Below, one piece after another: positions 8,590-20,994 of a DNA stretch of 64,000 bases. A model generated the notes under the pieces. The model was not told the DNA's origin, did no database searches, and saw only the letters and a program-made list of their open reading frames with translations. The translations under genes were made by a program, and so were the position numbers. Location of the stretch: contig JAYFMW010000017.1 of assembly GCA_042408215.1 (NCBI GenBank), positions 480,001 through 544,000 of the forward strand, read 5' to 3'. The DNA comes from Microcoleus sp. (GTDB taxonomy: Bacteria; Cyanobacteriota; Cyanobacteriia; Cyanobacteriales; Microcoleaceae). Every line of letters begins with the position of its first letter. Positions within the stretch are counted from its first letter, which is position 1.

Positions 8590-10692
8590 TTAATCTAAGC
8601 CTAAATGCTTTCGCAAGGCGAGGCGCATAACATCGACTGGGACGGATTCTTGATTCAGCCAAATTTTTAAGGCCGCTGCTCCTTGTTGAACTAACATTTC
8701 GAGTCCGTCAATGGCTCGCGCTCCTCTTTGCTGCGCGTCTTTGAGAAATTGAGTAGGATTCGGGTTGTAAATTAAATCATAGGCGATCGCACCAGGGGAA
8801 ATTCGATCCATCGCACTTGCGGAAACCGGCGACATTTCCCCCTGCGGATACATCCCCACAGGCGTCGTGTTGACCAGCAAATCCGCCTGAGAAATTAAGC
8901 TTGACAAATTATCCCAAGTATGCACTCGCAAAGATTTTACAGGCATGGAAGAATTGACCCAACTCTGCTGAAATTCCGCTAAGTTTTGCTGATTGCGGCC
9001 AACAACGTGAATCTCAGCACAGCCCAATTGAGCACATCCCGCCACAACCGCTCTCGCCGCGCCACCATTACCCAAAATTACCGCTACTTTCTGACTCCAA
9101 TCCGAACCATCCCTAGAGCTTGTTATCAAACCCGGAGATCCCCCTAAATCCCCCTTAACAAGGGGGACTTTGAGAGGATTTCCCCCCGTGCAGTTAGAAG
9201 ACTTTGCTTGCTCTAGCTCCCCCCTTGTTAAGGGGGGCTGGGGGGGATCGAGAGGATCTGGGAGACCACGGTTAGAGTCCGCTAAATCCCCCTTAACAAG
9301 GGGGACTTTGAGAGGATTTCCCCCTGGGCAATTAGAAGACTTTGCTTGCTCTAGCTCCCCCCTTGTTAAGGGGGGCTGGGGGGGATCGAGAGGATCTGGG
9401 AGACCACGGTTAGAGTCCGCTAAATCCCCCTTAACAAGGGGGACTTTGAGAGGATTTCCCCCTGGGCAATTAGAAGACTTTGCTTGCTCTAGCTCCCCCC
9501 TTGTTAAGGGGGGCTGGGGGGGAGCGAGAGGATCTGGGAGACCACGGTTAGATCCCCCTAAATCCCCCTTAACAAGGGGGACTTTGAGAGGATTTCCCCC
9601 CGTGCAGTTAGAAGACTTTGCTTGCTCTAGCTCCCCCCTTGTTAAGGGGGGCTGGGGGGGAGCGAGAGGAGCTGGGAGACCACGGTTAGAGTCCCCTAAA
9701 TCCCCCTTAACAAGGGGGACTTTGAGAGGATTTCCCCCCGTGCAGTTAGAAGACTTTGCTTGCTCTAGCTCCCCCCTTGTTAAGGGGGGCTGGGGGGGAG
9801 CGAGAGGATCTGGGAGACCACGGTTAGAGTCCGCTAAATCCCCCTTAACAAGGGGGACTTTGAGAGGATTTCCCCCCGTGCAGTTAGAAGACTTTGCTTG
9901 CTCTAGCTCCCCCCTTGTTAAGGGGGGCTGGGGGGGAGCGAGAGGATCTGGGAGACCACGGTTAGATCCCCCTAAATCCCCCTTAACAAGGGGGACTTTG
10001 AGAGGATTTCCCCCCGTGCAATTAGAAGACTTTGCTTGCTCTAGCTCCCCCCTTGTTAAGGGGGGCTGGGGGGGAGCGAGAGGATCTGGGAGACCACGGT
10101 TAGATCCCCCTAAATCCCCCTTAACAAGGGGGACTTTGAGAGGATTTCCCCCCGTGCAATTAGAAGACTTTGCTTGCTCTAGCTCCCCCCTTGTTAAGGG
10201 GGGCTGGGGGGGAGCGAGAGGATCTGGGAGACCACGGTTAGATCCCCCTAAATCCCCCTTAACAAGGGGGACTTTGAGGGGCGGTGCTCCCTGGCCCCCC
10301 CTGTGGGGGGACTCTGAATCTGATTGGAGAGTTGGAAAACCCCCCGTTTGTAGTGGGGCGAGAAAGCCTTCAACGTCAGTATTTGTGCCACACCAACCTT
10401 TGTCAGTCAGGTATACGGTATTGACAGCGCCGATCGCACGAGCAATGGGAGAAACCTCCGACAGCAGCGGTAAAATGGCTTGTTTGTGCGGAATCGTGAC
10501 GCTAAATCCCCTCACGCCGATCGCCCCAAAGCCTAAAAGAGCAACTTTTAAATCCTCTGGATTTACCGGAAAGGCTAGGTAAACAAAATCGACTCCCAAA
10601 TGGGAAATTGCAGCATTGTGCATCACCGGTGACAGAGAATGTGCGATCGGATGACCGATTACTCCCAATATTTTAGTAGTGCCTTTAATCAT
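8590..10692 (-). CDS. aroE: Shikimate dehydrogenase with about 410-aa in-frame repeat insertion
   Basis: HSLSP.MHN, SVTIPHK, GAVNT, NTD, GNGGAARA, NTTPVGM, DLIYNP, DGLEMLVQQG all intact around the insert. Confidence 0.93.
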   Translation of the reverse strand: MIKGTTKILGVIGHPIAHSLSPVMHNAAISHLGVDFVYLAFPVNPEDLKVALLGFGAIGVRGFSVTIPHKQAILPLLSEVSPIARAIGAVNTVYLTDKGWCGTNTDVEGFLAPLQTGGFPTLQSDSESPHRGGQGAPPLKVPLVKGDLGGSNRGLPDPLAPPQPPLTRGELEQAKSSNCTGGNPLKVPLVKGDLGGSNRGLPDPLAPPQPPLTRGELEQAKSSNCTGGNPLKVPLVKGDLGGSNRGLPDPLAPPQPPLTRGELEQAKSSNCTGGNPLKVPLVKGDLADSNRGLPDPLAPPQPPLTRGELEQAKSSNCTGGNPLKVPLVKGDLGDSNRGLPAPLAPPQPPLTRGELEQAKSSNCTGGNPLKVPLVKGDLGGSNRGLPDPLAPPQPPLTRGELEQAKSSNCPGGNPLKVPLVKGDLADSNRGLPDPLDPPQPPLTRGELEQAKSSNCPGGNPLKVPLVKGDLADSNRGLPDPLDPPQPPLTRGELEQAKSSNCTGGNPLKVPLVKGDLGGSPGLITSSRDGSDWSQKVAVILGNGGAARAVVAGCAQLGCAEIHVVGRNQQNLAEFQQSWVNSSMPVKSLRVHTWDNLSSLISQADLLVNTTPVGMYPQGEMSPVSASAMDRISPGAIAYDLIYNPNPTQFLKDAQQRGARAIDGLEMLVQQGAAALKIWLNQESVPVDVMRLALRKHLGLD
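9135..10278. repeat. 8 x 138-bp tandem repeat (plus partial) built on CCCCCTTAACAAGGGGG / CCCCCCTTGTTAAGGGGGG palindromes
   Basis: GGGGACTTTGAG recurs from 9163 to 10267 at a 138-bp period. Confidence 0.95.
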
Positions 10693-10699
10693 TTTTGTT

Positions 10700-10845
10700 A
10701 GTTAACTGTTAACTGTTGACTGTTGACTGTTGACTGTTGGCTGTTAACCATTTTCCAGCAACCATCAACCATTTTCCAGCAACCATCAACCATTTTCCAG
10801 CAACCATCAACCATTTTCCAGCAACCATCAACCATTTTCCAGCAA
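10700..10845. repeat. Heptamer TGTTGAC run plus about 5 x 21-bp repeat AACCATTTTCCAGCAACCATC
   Basis: Seen directly; the 21-mer includes the last codons and stop of the 10828-12201 gene. Confidence 0.9.
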
Positions 10846-12201
10846 CTCTTTGGCATCTGCCAATATGGGATTAACATCAAACCAATAATCCTCACCATAA
10901 CGATATTCAAACACCCAAAGACTACGCAATAAAGTTTGATATTTAGTCTCTCCACTCACAGTTTTAGTAGCAGCGACTTGGCGCAGCAGTGCCCACTCAT
11001 CCGGTTCGATCGCCAAAGTAAGCTGATGGCGGCGCTGGATAATCACATTTTCCAAAGTTTCCCGCGACAAAGGGGGGTCTTGTTTCTGGAGACAACTATA
11101 CAGCAGTTGCAGCAAATTGCGGACATGACCACCGCTGACTCGACAAAGCCGATCGAGAGTTTCGGGAGCATCAAAAATCTTGCCAATCCAAGCATAACGT
11201 GCGATCGGCTCCAACGCAGGAAAAGCCCGAGCTAGAACCATCTGTCGCAACAATTCCACGCCCTGAGCGCACTCAGAACCGTCGCGGAACTGCACCAGCA
11301 CCATTGGTAATACCTTTGGATCTACCCCAAATCGATTGGTAAGCTGACCCAAATCGTTAGAAAAAATCAGCACCAAAGGAATTGTATAAACTACGTGACA
11401 ATTGAGTCTGGCCAACTGTTCGCCCCTGTCTACAAACAGATATTCCGGCTGAAGTCGCCCGGTGGGCTTCACGCACAAATGTATGCGATCGAGATTATCA
11501 ATAATGACCACAAGTCCTTGTTTACCCAGCCGTTTGAGTGCTTGATTAGCCGGTTCGAGCAACTCATTATTCAGAGCATCCAAAATTACATTAGTTCGCG
11601 GCTCCAAATATTGCCTCAACTCCGATCGCAAATTAGGAGCATCTTTAGTTTTAGCAGTAATTTTGCCAATTCCCAAAGCCAAAGAAAACTCTCCATCCGT
11701 ACTAGCATTTATGCCACCAACACCAGGCAAAGCAGCTTCAGCTTTCAGGTCAATTTGAGTTTGAAAAACATCTGCCACCCCTTTCAGCAAAGCTTTAAAA
11801 CCAGTAGGTTGCAGCTTAATTTTCAGCTTCTCAATGCTTTCGCTCACCTGACGAGCAACGCTCAACAAAATGTCAGTAATATCAACATCTGCCATATCTA
11901 AATCTTTGCTAGACTCAAAGTAGACTACGTGAAATCCCTGATGCTCCAATTCAGCTTGGAGCCGCAACAATTCTGTAGATTTCCCACAGCCGATATGGCC
12001 CGTGAATAATTGACAGGTTGGCTCGTCAGGGGAGAGGTGGCTGATAGTGCGCTCCAATTGTTCTACGATTGTGCCGCCCCGCACGGTTGAGAAATCGATA
12101 TAGTATTGTCGGTCTTCTTGATTTGCTACTGCTAAGGTGTAGCTGGGATTGCAAGCCTTATAAAATTTCTTTAAATTTAGTTCCATACCCTGTGTGCTCA
12201 A
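10828..12201 (-). CDS. P-loop ATPase (cyanobacterial AAA/KAP-like)
   Basis: Walker A GHIGCGKSTEL, Walker B VVIIDNLDR, SGGHVRNL. Confidence 0.85.
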   Translation of the reverse strand: MSTQGMELNLKKFYKACNPSYTLAVANQEDRQYYIDFSTVRGGTIVEQLERTISHLSPDEPTCQLFTGHIGCGKSTELLRLQAELEHQGFHVVYFESSKDLDMADVDITDILLSVARQVSESIEKLKIKLQPTGFKALLKGVADVFQTQIDLKAEAALPGVGGINASTDGEFSLALGIGKITAKTKDAPNLRSELRQYLEPRTNVILDALNNELLEPANQALKRLGKQGLVVIIDNLDRIHLCVKPTGRLQPEYLFVDRGEQLARLNCHVVYTIPLVLIFSNDLGQLTNRFGVDPKVLPMVLVQFRDGSECAQGVELLRQMVLARAFPALEPIARYAWIGKIFDAPETLDRLCRVSGGHVRNLLQLLYSCLQKQDPPLSRETLENVIIQRRHQLTLAIEPDEWALLRQVAATKTVSGETKYQTLLRSLWVFEYRYGEDYWFDVNPILADAKELLENG

Positions 12202-12597
12202 AATACATTATGCCCTAATAGCTTATTCATGTAGCTCTTGCAATAATCAGCATGAATTGATAATTTATGCTCAAGTTTTATTTTACGGTCAACATTTTGA
12301 GGCACCTCTGAATCCACACTACCAAATTTGACATGATTTTTGCAGATTAGAATCAATAAAAAGTTGTCAACCGGCGATCCCTATGCAGTGGTTCTGCTGA
12401 GGGCTCGCGGGTGAGTTTACATCAATGACGAAGATTTGGCGGTAATGTTCTCGGAAAAAAGTGGCTATTTGAGTGCGGTTAACCGAATACAAAAATGGTC
12501 GGTACTAGAGCAATAGTCTACAGCTTTGTAGAGGAGACTTTTTTAAATGAACCACAGAGAACACAGAGAACACAGAGGAAGAGAAGAGAGAGGTTTA

Positions 12598-13273
12598 CAA
12601 ATTATTATTTTGGATCAATTCTACCATTTTTTCGCCTACACCTGCTGCGGAAGCCGGATTTTGGCCTGTCACGAGGCGATCGCACGCAACAGCCATGCGC
12701 CTGAAAATTAGCAACTTTGGTGAAATGATCCCCAGCTTCAATTAACTTCGATTCCAGTAAAAACGGCACGATATCAGTCAATCCCACAGCCGCTTCTTCT
12801 TCATTAGTAAAAGCAGCCACAGTCTTATTTGCAACCAGATATGCACCATCAGACAACTTAAGATTAACTAAAGCCGCGGGCCCGTGACAAACCGCACTCA
12901 CAATGCCGCCTGCTTCATAAATAGCAGCAGCAATCCCAGCAAGTTCCTGACGATCGGCAAAATCCACGCACGTCCCGTCCCCCAGCATAGAAAATAGCGT
13001 CATATTCTGCGGGGTTAACTTGTGCAGGATTGAGAGTATTTTCTACTCGCGCCACCTGTTCCGAATCCTCTAAAAAAGCCTTATTTAGCCGATCTTCTAA
13101 ATCAATCCCAACCATCGGAGCTTTGCCGCCTTTTGGGCTGACAAAATCTACCGTTAATCCAGCATGAGTAACTGCGTCCAATGCGTCACCTCTGAGAGAT
13201 AGAAACCAGTTTATTTACCAGTTTCACCAAGAGTATCGTGGCTGGTTAAAACCAGAACTTTTTGGCTATTCAT
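12598..13273 (-). pseudogene. DJ-1/PfpI (type 1 glutamine amidotransferase-like) pseudogene
   Basis: MNSQKVLVLTSHDTLGETGK*TGFYLSEVTH with in-frame TAA; frameshifts before VDFVSPKGG, at YDAIFYAGG and near the C-terminus; AVCHGP retained. Confidence 0.88.
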
Positions 13274-13363
13274 AGTCTATTCTTTGTGCTTGTTGTTTTC
13301 ATCCTAGATCGAATTTATCTAAAATACAAATTATCCAATTTTCTGGGAAGTATAAATATCTTG

Positions 13364-13617
13364 ATGATTAGCTTTGAATGGTATCGCTGTTTGATTAAGG
13401 TTTACCGATTTAAGAGCAATTATACAAGCCGTTGAATGCGGATTTGGCTTGATAATTCTTCCGACTACTTGTGTGGAAGATTGGGTAAAAAAAACGCTTG
13501 ACACCTGTCATCAAACCTGCACAGGCTGTTACAAATCGCATCTGGCTGGCTTTTAGGAAATCTGAAAGACAGTTACCAAAAATCAAACGGATGTTAGAAT
13601 TGTATCAGTTTGATTAA
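13364..13617 (+). pseudogene. LysR-family regulator remnant (internally deleted)
   Basis: MISFEWYRC start fused to DLRAIIQAVECGFGLIILP and ..NRIWLAFRKSERQLPKIKRMLEL*; divergent from the DJ-1 pseudogene. Confidence 0.65.
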
Positions 13618-13731
13618 ATTAGGAATTACCCACGCTTTCCTCAAAAACCCGGTTTCTTACCACACACTCTCTTTCCTCACTCTGCGCCCTCTGCGCCCTC
13701 TGCGGTTAAAAAAATCCAAATTATACCAAAC

Positions 13732-13760
13732 AAAAAAAGGGCTAGCAATTAAACCAGCCC
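13732..13760 (-). terminator. Rho-independent terminator of apcE
   Basis: GGGCTGG-loop-CTAGCCC followed by T7 on the minus strand. Confidence 0.7.
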
Positions 13761-13819
13761 CTCAACTAATTTTAGACGTTAAATTAGCTCTAATCTAACA
13801 TCTAAAACCTCAAATCAAT

Positions 13820-16681
<2,862 letters not shown>

Positions 16682-16802
16682 TTACTTTCTCAGATTAAAA
16701 TGTTTTGGGGCTGATCACCCTAATTTGTTAAAAAGCCTGCCGAAACTTATTGTATAGATTTAATAGGGCCTATATGAGAAAAAATGATAAGTTTTGTTAC
16801 AA

Positions 16803-16866
16803 GAAGTTCGGCAACGGATTCTGTAACGGATGTAGCGGATGTAGCGGATGTAGCGGATGTAACGGT
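16803..16866 (+). repeat. GAAGTTCGGCAACGGATTCT(GTAACGGAT/GTAGCGGAT)n element
   Basis: Same family as 1265 and 27091. Confidence 0.8.
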
Positions 16867-16944
16867 TCACTTCTGCTGAGCCTATAATCGCAGGTGTCGC
16901 TAAATGACTATACTTTACTTTGAATAAAAAAATTCTCTCACATT

Positions 16945-18171
16945 ATGGAAACTTCACCTGATATCAGTGCTGCGGTGCGCCGGCTTTACGATACTTTCCC
17001 TTTTCCGCCTGATCCTTTGTCGGACGAACCGCCGCCTGGGTACAACTGGCGCTGGAGTTGGCCGGATGCTTACAGTTTCTGCACGGGTCAAAAGCCGCCA
17101 AAACTGGATATTCGGATTTTAGATGCTGGCTGTGGCACGGGTTCGAGTACGGATTATCTGATTCACCTGAATCCTGAAGCTTCGGTGACGGCGATCGACC
17201 TTAGTTCCGGTGCTTTGAAGGTAGCACAAGAACGCTGTAGGCGATCGGGCGCGCGATCGGCAGATTTTCGCCACCTCAGCTTGTACGATGCCGATCAACT
17301 CGAAGGCGAGTTTGATTTGATCAACTGCGTGGGTGTGCTGCACCACTTACCCGATCCGATTCGCGGCATTCAAGCCCTGGCGGCGAAGTTGGCTAGCGGC
17401 GGCTTGATGCACATTTTTGTTTATGCTGAATTGGGCCGCTGGGAAATCGAGCTGATGCAAAGGGCGATCGCCCTGCTCCAAGGAACTCAAAAAGGCGACT
17501 ATCCCGATGGTGTCAAAGTCGGCCGTCAAATCTTTGCTTCATTACCAGAAAACAACCGCCTTGTCAAGTACGAAAAACAGCGTTGGGCGGGAGAAAATCA
17601 GCGGGACGAATGTTTTGCTGATATGTACGTTCACCCCCAGGAAATTGACTACAATATCGACACATTGTTTGAGTTAATTGACGCTTCTGGATTAGAATTT
17701 ATCGGTTTCTCAAATCCGGGATATTGGCAGTTAGAAAGACTTTTAGGTAAAGCACCGGAATTGATCGAAAGAGCTCAGGGTTTGACGGAACGAGAGCTTT
17801 ATCGATTAATTGAATTGTTGGATACGGAAATAAGTCATTACGAGTTTTTCTTGGGGAAAAAGCCTGTTAATAAGATTGATTGGTCGGACGATAAAGCACT
17901 TTTGGCGGCAATTCCAGAGTTGAGTGGTTGTATGCACGGTTGGCCTAGTCAACAAGTGTTTGATGGCAACTACCAATTGGTCAATTTGTCAAGTGCTGAG
18001 TTTGAGTTTCTGCAAGGTTGTGCACCCCCCCCAGACAGGGCGGGCACGGGGGCACCGCCCCTACAAATTGGTGGGAAGACAGTGGGGGAGATTTTGGTGG
18101 ATGTGGAGATTGGATTGGATGAAGTGCGATCGATCTTATCAAAACAGCTAATTTTGCTAACACCGAGTTGA
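16945..18171 (+). CDS. Class I SAM-dependent methyltransferase (conserved cyanobacterial)
   Basis: ILDAGCGTG, FDLINCVGVLHH motifs. Confidence 0.88.
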   Translation: METSPDISAAVRRLYDTFPFPPDPLSDEPPPGYNWRWSWPDAYSFCTGQKPPKLDIRILDAGCGTGSSTDYLIHLNPEASVTAIDLSSGALKVAQERCRRSGARSADFRHLSLYDADQLEGEFDLINCVGVLHHLPDPIRGIQALAAKLASGGLMHIFVYAELGRWEIELMQRAIALLQGTQKGDYPDGVKVGRQIFASLPENNRLVKYEKQRWAGENQRDECFADMYVHPQEIDYNIDTLFELIDASGLEFIGFSNPGYWQLERLLGKAPELIERAQGLTERELYRLIELLDTEISHYEFFLGKKPVNKIDWSDDKALLAAIPELSGCMHGWPSQQVFDGNYQLVNLSSAEFEFLQGCAPPPDRAGTGAPPLQIGGKTVGEILVDVEIGLDEVRSILSKQLILLTPS

Positions 18172-18178
18172 GTCGTAT

Positions 18179-18320
18179 CGTAGGGTGCGTCAGTTGCCGT
18201 TATTTTCGCTAAAAATCGACAATCTACGAACTGACGCACCCTACAAGTTTCAGCCGTAGGGTGCGTCAGTTGCCGTTATTTTCGCTAAAAATCGAGAATC
18301 TACGAACTGACGCACCCTAC
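18179..18320. repeat. Two tandem REP-doublet units GTAGGGTGCGTCAGTT...AACTGACGCACCCTAC
   Basis: Inverted repeats with nearly identical loops. Confidence 0.85.
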
Positions 18321-18506
18321 CTGAACTAGGCATAGGTCAGAAACCAGGTTTTTTACTAAATCTTGGTTAGACACGGTAAATTCTGTGAAAAACCCGGTTT
18401 CTCGCTCGGAGTATAATTTCTGTTAAATTCCCAATATTATTCGCCGAAATGAGGAGACGGCAGTGCCGTGTCCCTACAATGTTATTTTGGGTAGGGACAC
18501 GGCACT

Positions 18507-18573
18507 GCCCATTGGTGCCAACTTAAGACTGAAACCATTGATAAATCTCGCATTTAGCTACGTCTAGATCCCC
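18507..18573 (+). mobile_element. Truncated copy (left end only) of the GCCCATTGGTGTCAACTTAAG MITE
   Basis: Matches the first ~65 nt of 35538-35750; follows a GTAGGGACACGGCA.TGCC REP-like palindrome. Confidence 0.7.
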
Positions 18574-18690
18574 ACATTTCCCCGCCTAAGCCCTGTAACT
18601 CATACAGCATGGATGCTATGGTATGTAAAGGCTTTATGTGCTATGTTAAAATTGGCGTACAAAAGTATTAAAATCAACCGAGGTGACAAA

Positions 18691-18987
18691 ATGCCTTCTG
18701 AAAATGAAGTTTTTGAAACACAAAATAAACGCTTACAGGTCTTAAATACTGTTTATGACTTAGCAAAACAAGGTAGACATAGTATCAGCAATTCAGACAT
18801 TACAAGCTACACAGACATTCAAGGTAAGGAATTATACGATATCTTAAAAATTTTAATATATGAAGATTTAATTAAAGAAACGTCGTCTATCATAGGTCTA
18901 CTTAAGACACCTGGATACGCTGCTGTTAAAATTACAGATAAAGGGTTAATTCATGTAGAGAATACAATCAAAAAAGCTAATGAATAA
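18691..18987 (+). CDS. Hypothetical protein, probable winged helix
   Basis: GAGGTG RBS before ATG 18691; L..L..E.LI..VKITDKG pattern; AT-rich. Confidence 0.6.
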   Translation: MPSENEVFETQNKRLQVLNTVYDLAKQGRHSISNSDITSYTDIQGKELYDILKILIYEDLIKETSSIIGLLKTPGYAAVKITDKGLIHVENTIKKANE

Positions 18988-19140
18988 CTGATTTAAAGTT
19001 ATTGACATTTTAAATCAGTAGGTATTTTCTGATTTAAATAATTTAAGGTATTAAATTCATTACAGCTAATTTGTAGTGGATTTTTTTTTATTTTATTTTC
19101 ATGACATAGTGAAAAATTTTTAACACTAACTGCTAAGTCA

Positions 19141-20379
19141 TTAATTTACTAAACCAAACAAGTTGTAATCAATACCACCTTTGATAAGAATTAAATTCAC
19201 AAAATCACTAATACAAATAGCATGACTTCCAAACCATATGTAATCACCAAAAGCTCCAGTATAATTTGTGTATCTATACCCGTTACTATTAAACACAGCT
19301 CCTCGAACAATGAGATTTAATTTTTCCAAAAGTAGGGATCTAGACATCATATTTCCAGAGTCTCTTTGTTGCAAAAATTCTAATAAAGCTTGTTGACAAT
19401 TGTAAATCGCATAACTAATTGAAAATGAATTACCCTTATAGATTATCCATTGATTGTTATCATTTTCTATTCGTTTATAGTCGTTTGGCACACTAACTAT
19501 ACCATTACCATTAGGATGATCCCAGGACGCTGAAGTCCTAATAAATTCTTCGGCAAGCTCTTTTTCTATCATTCCATTTGGTGTAAGCTGTTGTACTTTA
19601 GATATGGCTGTATTAACTATCCTTCTTCTAAGTTCTTGTTGTTGTCTCACTTCTTCTTGTTGTCTCAGTTCTTCTTTTTGTCTTATTAATTCTTGTAGTT
19701 TTTGTTCTTCTTGTTGTCGCAATTCTTCTTGTTGTCGCAATTCTTCTTGTTGTCTCAGTTCTTCTTGTTGTCTCAGTTCTTCTTTTTGTCTCAATTCTTC
19801 GGCTTCTTCAATTAATCTTTGATTCTCCCAAAGTTCACTCTCTAAATCATTCATTTCTTTTTTCAATTCACGATTTATTAAACTAAATTTTTTCCGTAAA
19901 TTTGTTATTTTTAATTCTAGCTTTTGAATCATTTCAAAAGTGATAGGTTTACGTTGAGGAATCCATTTATTTAATAAACACTCAATTTTTTCAACTTCTT
20001 TATTGTCAAATGTTATTACACTAGCTTCTTTGTTTTTTACGCCATTCCTAGTTAAATTCTGACTTCCTATAGTAGCAAATCGACCTGGTGAAATAATTAT
20101 TTTTGCATGGAGTCTTGGTAAATGATAAAGTTGACAACCCATCTCATGTAAACATTTTAAGGTTTTTAATGAAGAAGCACCCGAAATAAAATTATGGACT
20201 GAAAAGATTGTGTATATCTCACACTCAGCAAATTGTGAGTCTCTTAAAATCCCTTCTGCTGTTTTTGATGTTAAGTAGGGAGAAAGAATTATTATCTTAT
20301 CATCATCATTCAATTTCTTAATTTCAGCGTGCCAGCGACGGCTAATATTTTTTAAATAGTAGTAAGGTGGCTTTCTCAT
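19141..20379 (-). CDS. PLD-like (HxK...GSxN) domain protein with QQEELR coiled-coil repeats
   Basis: IIILSPYL, LHAKIII, IGSQNLT...NKE; 18-bp repeats at about 19630-19800. Confidence 0.75.
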   Translation of the reverse strand: MRKPPYYYLKNISRRWHAEIKKLNDDDKIIILSPYLTSKTAEGILRDSQFAECEIYTIFSVHNFISGASSLKTLKCLHEMGCQLYHLPRLHAKIIISPGRFATIGSQNLTRNGVKNKEASVITFDNKEVEKIECLLNKWIPQRKPITFEMIQKLELKITNLRKKFSLINRELKKEMNDLESELWENQRLIEEAEELRQKEELRQQEELRQQEELRQQEELRQQEEQKLQELIRQKEELRQQEEVRQQQELRRRIVNTAISKVQQLTPNGMIEKELAEEFIRTSASWDHPNGNGIVSVPNDYKRIENDNNQWIIYKGNSFSISYAIYNCQQALLEFLQQRDSGNMMSRSLLLEKLNLIVRGAVFNSNGYRYTNYTGAFGDYIWFGSHAICISDFVNLILIKGGIDYNLFGLVN

Positions 20380-20502
20380 AATGTAATTTCCTGATTTATA
20401 ACATCAAACCACTGCAAATTTTTGTCTACCCTTTACGTATCAAGTACAGTATACAAAACCCCTCACAATTCAATTGCAACGAGTTTTGTATAGAACTTTA
20501 AA

Positions 20503-20994
20503 CTACTTATGTTCAGTTAAATTTCCTATGCAAAAACCATCTACACGGTTTAAATTTCCTCTCCAATAACCTCCTCTATTATTTGGAATTAATAAATTAT
20601 TAGCGTTTTTTGGAGTTAAACAATTGCCATTATAAAAAGCAACATTTTTTAAATGTATGTATTCTATGTTTTTTAATGGGCTTTTCACTTCCCGATCACC
20701 TGACAGGTTTTCTGCCAAGGATTGATAACTTTGTAAGAATACTTGAGCCTCTTTTTCTAGTATATCAGAACTAGAAAAAGATAATTTCAGGTCATTATAT
20801 ATACCCTCAAAATACAATTCCTCATTAATCAAAACCCCACTCACAGTTAAACCTTGAACAGAAAGTGTAATGTCTATGTCTACCTGACCTGAAAATTTAT
20901 CCGCAGTATCTATCAGATAAATTAACAACTTGTCTGAATCTGATGATATCTCGATTTTTTGTTCGACTGAAACAGGTGTATTTTCTTGCGTCAT
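20503..20994 (-). CDS. GvpU-like family hypothetical protein
   Basis: ITL.V.G..VSG.LI....YF, YIHLKN, WRG.L..VDGF.IG motifs. Confidence 0.65.
   Translation of the reverse strand: MTQENTPVSVEQKIEISSDSDKLLIYLIDTADKFSGQVDIDITLSVQGLTVSGVLINEELYFEGIYNDLKLSFSSSDILEKEAQVFLQSYQSLAENLSGDREVKSPLKNIEYIHLKNVAFYNGNCLTPKNANNLLIPNNRGGYWRGNLNRVDGFCIGNLTEHK

Noticed and set aside
9103..10344. Intein or self-splicing intron in aroE
   Set aside because: No intein terminal motifs (C/S...HN) or group I/II landmarks; purely repetitive
9170..10582. 470-aa antisense ORF
   Set aside because: Shadow of the 138-bp array within aroE
16786..16803. HLR1 site upstream of apcE
   Set aside because: One half-site has three mismatches; too weak to call
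20503..20994. Gas vesicle locus
   Set aside because: Lone GvpU-like gene with no gvpA/C/N nearby
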